A DNA stretch of 64,000 nt from Chrysomallon squamiferum (lineage: Eukaryota; Animalia; Mollusca): positions 4,836,001-4,900,000 of the forward strand of contig CM022676.1 in NCBI GenBank assembly GCA_012295275.1, in the 5' to 3' direction. Positions within the stretch are counted from its first letter, which is position 1. The number at the start of each line of letters is the position of its first letter. Below are positions 58,185 through 64,000 of this stretch, one piece after another. The translations under genes were made by a program, and so were the position numbers. Under the pieces are notes generated by a model that did no database searches, was not told the origin of the DNA, and saw nothing but the letters and a program-made list of their open reading frames with translations.

Positions 58185-58768
58185 AACAAACGTGACAGAG
58201 CTCGTAACTCAATTTTCTCGTATATCAAATTAATTTTCCCACCTGAAATTAATTGAAATACCATTAATCCGTTCCAGCCAACCCGGAATGTGTAATGTGT
58301 TTTTAAAGAAGAAAAATGTATTTATAAATGACAAATAGTGTATAATAAAAAACAAAAATAAAAGTGAATGTAAAGAAATAAACTGGCTTTGTAAAGTGTA
58401 TTTATCTTGAAGATCAGACGTGAACTCGCTGAAAATGCTGGCGAGTGTGGAGGAGATTGGACGAGTTTGTTTGCAACATATCGTAGTAGTACTACGCTCG
58501 TACTGCCTGGCCAAATCGACTACACGCACACCTCGCTCACGTCTTTCTGTGATTTCATGCTTTAATTCAAAGGACATCGTCCGCTTCTTCTTCTCAGCAC
58601 TGACTTTTTACGGTCCATTGTCAGAAAAAAAGAAAGAAATTTGGCAAAATACTGCACAAAACGCGAGCATAACACAACAGAGATGTTTCCACGGCGAGGT
58701 AACCACGTGATGTAAACGAGTGAGACACGGGATGCAGGGCGACCGCTCGTAACTCGGAACACTCGTAA
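58185..58768 (-). mobile_element. Internally deleted Tigger/pogo DNA transposon with a frameshifted transposase N-terminus
   Basis: KKKRTMSFELKHEITERRERGVRVVDLARQYERSTTTIC is a CENP-B/Tigger HTH start, and the upstream ATG is out of frame. Subterminal ctcgtaactc motifs occur at both ends (58200, 58746). No DDE domain. Confidence 0.8.
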
Positions 58769-58859
58769 TATATATATATATATATATATAGTAATGATAA
58801 ACTACTACTACTACTACTACTACTTCTACTAATACTATTATTATTATTACTACAACTAC

Positions 58860-58899
<40 letters not shown>

Positions 58900-59036
58900 G
58901 TCGCTGATGTTGTTGCTGTCAAAAATTATGATAACAAAGATTACTGTAATACATATCTCAGATAACAAATGTCATTTCTATCTTCTCTTTGTCCTACTTT
59001 TCTCACTGACGACGTCATTTTCGCAACTTTACATCC

Positions 59037-59073
<37 letters not shown>

Positions 59074-59192
59074 CTACTGATTGTATCTTGCGATTCTATA
59101 ATAAAATATATAGTCGTTATACCACTTTCTAAAGTGATTCCAAGATATAAAAATAATTAAATAAATATATTATAATTTACGCATACACATGA

Positions 59193-59279
<87 letters not shown>

Positions 59280-59579
59280 CCCACCCACAGAGATAATAAG
59301 AATTTATACAAGGCGAAAATCTTTTTACATAAACATTAAAGAAATAATCTGTTTAACAAATTACTCAATAACCTTTGTGTGATATCATGAACGTGCTGCG
59401 ACTAAAAGTGTAAAAAAAAAACGATACGTTAACAGTCACGTGATGTTTACGGCAGCAGATAAAAATAGATAGGATGAAGTACTGCTGATACAGAGGCGTG
59501 TCCAAATCTGTGTTGTTTGAATCATCACGGTATGAAGTTCAGTGGGCGCAGCTTCCAGAAAACTGATTGTGAACTGCTT

Positions 59580-60066
59580 GGTATGTGTGCGTATGACGTA
59601 TGTGTGTAGTATGTATGTATCTGTGTGTGTGTGTGTGTGTGTACGTTATGCACGTGTGTGTGTGTGTATATATGTATCTGTGTGTGTATGTGTGTATATA
59701 TGTATCTGTGTGTATATATGTATGTTTGAGTATGTGTGTATATATGTATATGTGTGTGTATATGTATCTGTGTGTGTATGTGGGTATATATGTATTTGTG
59801 TGTGTATGTGTGTATATATGTATCTCTGTGTGTGTGTGTATGTACGTTATGCATGTATGTGTGTGTGAGTGTGAGTGTGTGTGTGTATGTACGTTATGCA
59901 TTTATGTGTGTGTGTGAGTGTGAGTGTGTGTGTGTATGTGTGTATATATGTATCTGTGTGTGTATGTGTGTATATATGTATTTGTGTGTGTATATGTGTA
60001 TATATGTATCTCTGTGTGTGTATGTACTTTATGCATGTATGTGTGTGTGTGTGAGTGTGTGTGTGT
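59580..60066. repeat. Compound (TG/TA)-rich low-complexity repeat
   Basis: Direct reading; source of several spurious ORFs. Confidence 0.9.
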
Positions 60067-61525
60067 TTAGAAATGAATATTTTGTTTTGTTATAGCTATC
60101 CGTGTAGACTCTGCTCACAGATACACTTTAAAAACCAGTACCACAGGACCATCTAGATCATGTGTTTGTCAGTCTGTGTGTTTATATATGTATGTATGTC
60201 TGTGTGTATGTATGTACGTATAAAGTTACGTATTTTAAGAATAGTCAGTGCTGTGTTTAGAAAAAAAAAGAAAAAAAGAAAGAGAACAAATTATAAGAAT
60301 CTTTATTTTATTTCTGATACGAATAAATTCAGTTTAATCCTTTGCTGGTCTTAGTTATTGTAGTTATAATTCGTTTTATTTTAACAGATACGAAATATAA
60401 CGTTGTTTGTTATTATTGTAATTGCTAAAATTGTTGTTGTTGTTGTTTTTGCTATTTTATATTCTTTTTTCTTCTTTTTTATCCAAATGTCTACAAATCT
60501 GTTTTCTATACATATATATTTTTTTTTTTCACACCTATCTTAATCTTCTGTGATTGGCATGTTTGTTGTTAAGAAATACTCAGATATAAACTCTTTATCT
60601 TAAAACTAATTTTCTGACACGAACCGGCATGAAGTGGACATCAAAATTCCTAAACGTATACTAAAAACTAAAAGACTGTAATGTTTTATCAAATATTCAA
60701 GTAATTAGTGATAACACGCAAAGAAAAATTAATCTTAAGTACGCAGAAAAAAAAATTCCTGTCAGAAATATATTTTTTAAACTTTAAATTGTTTTCGTTA
60801 ATTAATTAATTAATTTATTTATTTTATTATTATTATTATTATTATTTTTTTATTTTTTTTTAGTCTTTTTAAAATTTTGTTTTATTATTGTATTGTTTCT
60901 TTGTGGAACAGCTGAGTTTAGATTTTTCTTTTAAAATTCGGTGGGGTAAAAGTTATAACAAAATCTTTAGTAGCTATAATCATTCAGTTTAACTCTTGTG
61001 TCACGGGTCTTTTTTTCCCGTTCCGACTATCATTGCTTGATTTAAGTTACAACAAAAGTATTACATCAACCGGAAAAAGAACGAATTTATTAGGTGACTT
61101 AAATGACTTCATGGTAAATATTCTAAAAAAAAAATTTGTATTTCTCTTCTTTCTAAGTTGTATGTATAAAACAGACATCAAACACACAGACAAACACACA
61201 CACATACACACACAGAGACAAACACGACACACACAAAGATACACATATATACACACACACACACACACAAGTACAAAGACCAAAAATACACACATATGCA
61301 TAATAGAAAAAAACCAAAACACACACACACACACACACACACACATTACTCATATGAAGAAAGCATTTTTTAGATTAATCGGCATACCAAAGTTCATTTT
61401 GTAAAGTAAAATCCTTTAACGTGTTATCTTAACAAAGTCAGTGTTGTTATCAGATAATGATGAACTTGAAGAGAAAATTCTTGGAAAAAACGATTTTATG
61501 ACAAATGAACAAAACGAAAAATGAC

Positions 61526-61575
<50 letters not shown>

Positions 61576-61724
61576 CATTATTATTTATTATTTATTATTA
61601 TTATCATTATCATTATTATTTATTATTATTAATATTATTATTATTTACTATTATCATTATTATTATTATTATTATTAAACAGCTACCCATCATAATTTTT
61701 ATCATTGTTTTCATTCATTATTTT

Positions 61725-62470
61725 TAGTAGTAATATTAATAATAATTGCAGTAGTACTAGTAGTAGTAGTAGATGCAGTAATTCTTACTAGTAGAACTAA
61801 TAGTAGTAGTTGCAGTTGTTCTTGTCATAATTGTAGTAGTAATATCTCCGTAACATGATTTTAAGAATTATCATCATCAACAATTATATCATCATCATCA
61901 TCATCATCATCATTAGTAGTAGAAGTAACTTACTACTGTTGTTGTAGTTGGTTTTTTGCTGTTGTTATTATTATTAGCAGTTGTGGTAGGTGCAGGAGTA
62001 ATGGTAGTATGCAGCGTAGTATCAATAGTAGTAAAAGTAAAAACATACGCAACGGTTGAAAGTAATATTAGTTTTAGTAACAGATGACGTGTAGTAGGAT
62101 TAGTAGTAGCAGTAATAGTAGTAGTGGAAGTAGTAGCAGTAGTAATAGCAGTAGTATAAGTGGTAGTAGTAGTAACAACAGCAGTAGTAATAATAACAAC
62201 AATAATATTACTAGTATAGCAGAAGTAGCAGTAATAACGCACCTAATAATTGTAGTAATAATTACGTGAGCTGTATAGTATTAATAGTAGTGGTAGTAGT
62301 TCTTGTTTTTGTTGTTGTTTGTATAGTAGTAGTGGTAGTAGAGTAATAGTAATAGTAGTTGTAATAACAGCAGCAGTAATAATAACAACAATAATATTAG
62401 TAGTATAGTAGAAGTAGTAGTAGCAATAACACATGTAACAGCTGTAGTAATAATATTAGTATTGGTGTAA

Positions 62471-62502
<32 letters not shown>

Positions 62503-62560
62503 ACAGCAGTAGTAGCAGTAGTAGTCGTAGTGGTAGCAGATGTATTTGTAATAGTAGTAA
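61725..62560. repeat. Degenerate (TAG/CAG/AAT)n trinucleotide low-complexity tract
   Basis: Direct reading. Confidence 0.85.
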
Positions 62561-63379
62561 CATTTATTTTCACTCATAGTTCTGTTTCTTTTTCTTACTC
62601 AGTTTTATTTTTCACCACTTGAACTGTTTTTTTCCTTGTATTGTCTGATAAAGATTTTCGAGGAAATTTTATTTCTTATCGAGGTTATCTCAACAATTTG
62701 TTATCTTTTCTTTAAAACATCGCACCTTTGTCTTCTTCGTCTTTGTCGTGAGAGCTAGCCAAGTTACCTGTGATAAAGAAAACCAGGTGAGTCTGTGTGT
62801 TTATTTAAAAATATATATATATTTCTTAATTCTTGTATAATTTGACGTATTACCTAAGTGTAATATACTATTTATTTATTTTTTTAATTTTTGTTTATGC
62901 GTCTTTAAAAAAAAGAAAATTTGTTATATATATATGTGTGTGTGCGCGCGCGCTCACACACACACACACACACACATACATATTTATTCATTTTATTTCT
63001 TTTATTTTCGTATCTCTTATTTTTTACCTCTATTTTCCTATTTTTATTATATTTTTGATATATACGTTTCTATGAGTGTGTATGTATACATATCTATGCA
63101 TATGTATGTGTGTGTATGTGTGTGTCGGAGCAAAGATCATGGTACGTCAAACAACTTTAACCAGTACTTGGTACAAACAGATAACAGTTTTTTCTGCTTT
63201 ATTTTGTCTATTTTTTCGCGCGATTCCTTTTTCTTCTACTGTTTGGATGACGCTCTATTTAAAGATACAATACAATTAATCTTAAAAATAACAACGGAAA
63301 TAATAACTCACTAGAAAATTACAATTTTATGTGTTTACTTTTGTTCTTGTTCTTCTTCTTCTTCTTCTTCTTCTTATTA

Positions 63380-63419
<40 letters not shown>

Positions 63420-64000
63420 TTTCTTATATACAGACAGTATGGCACAGCTAAGCCTGGTTCTTCTGACAATAATAGTAAGTGTTTGATTTACTCGTAGAAT
63501 GTTTGAATTAAATTTTATTTTATATTTGTCAAACACAAATCACTGTCTTAACTAAACTGCTGTAAAGGATCTGGCCGTCTTATTGAAAAAAAAAAAAAAC
63601 AACACATTAACGTGCAATCAGATCAAGCTGTTATGAAGCACGCTGCCCATAGTCACGCTCTCTGTCAAAACAGTAGTATCATCACATTATCATTACTACA
63701 TCCACATCTACTTATCGTCATCACCACTGTTGACATTATAAATATTAATATGACTTTTGTCACAGACGCAGACATCATACTTATTCATATCCTGACATTC
63801 ATAAGCATCGTCATGATAATGATTTTTTTTTAGATTTACAAAATTTGAAATAAATTCATAAAGTACTTCTATCATGTTTTAAATAAATCTAATTATATAT
63901 ATTTTTTTCTTTCGTTTCATAATTTTTATTTATTTTTTATTTATTTATTGATTTTTTTTATTTTTATTTTTTTCAATTATTAATAATAATAATAATCTAT

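Overview
AT-rich, microsatellite-laden eukaryotic (metazoan; mollusc/lophotrochozoan by inference) genomic window. It has four intron-containing protein-coding genes, which I assembled by hand from GT-AG boundaries and reading-frame phase. (1) A SAXO/FAM154-like axonemal microtubule-stabilizer gene on the minus strand (3 exons seen, runs off the window start, RFX-like motifs upstream). (2) A complete 9-exon VPS26C/DSCR3 gene (+, 295 aa), divergent from gene 1. (3) A 16-exon AMP deaminase (AMPD2-like, +, about 781 aa) with several candidate frame-preserving cassette/micro-exons in its N-terminal introns. (4) A secreted two-Ig-domain protein gene (-). Transposon remnants include a Tc1/mariner-type MITE, a Tigger/pogo fragment, a hAT fragment and an L2/CR1-type LINE 3' end. 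The most striking pattern is that tandem duplications and minisatellites are repeatedly seeded exactly on exon-intron boundaries in all four genes, producing arrays of decoy splice sites, some of them in frame. Nearly all other ORF-track entries are microsatellite artefacts. No database searches were run.
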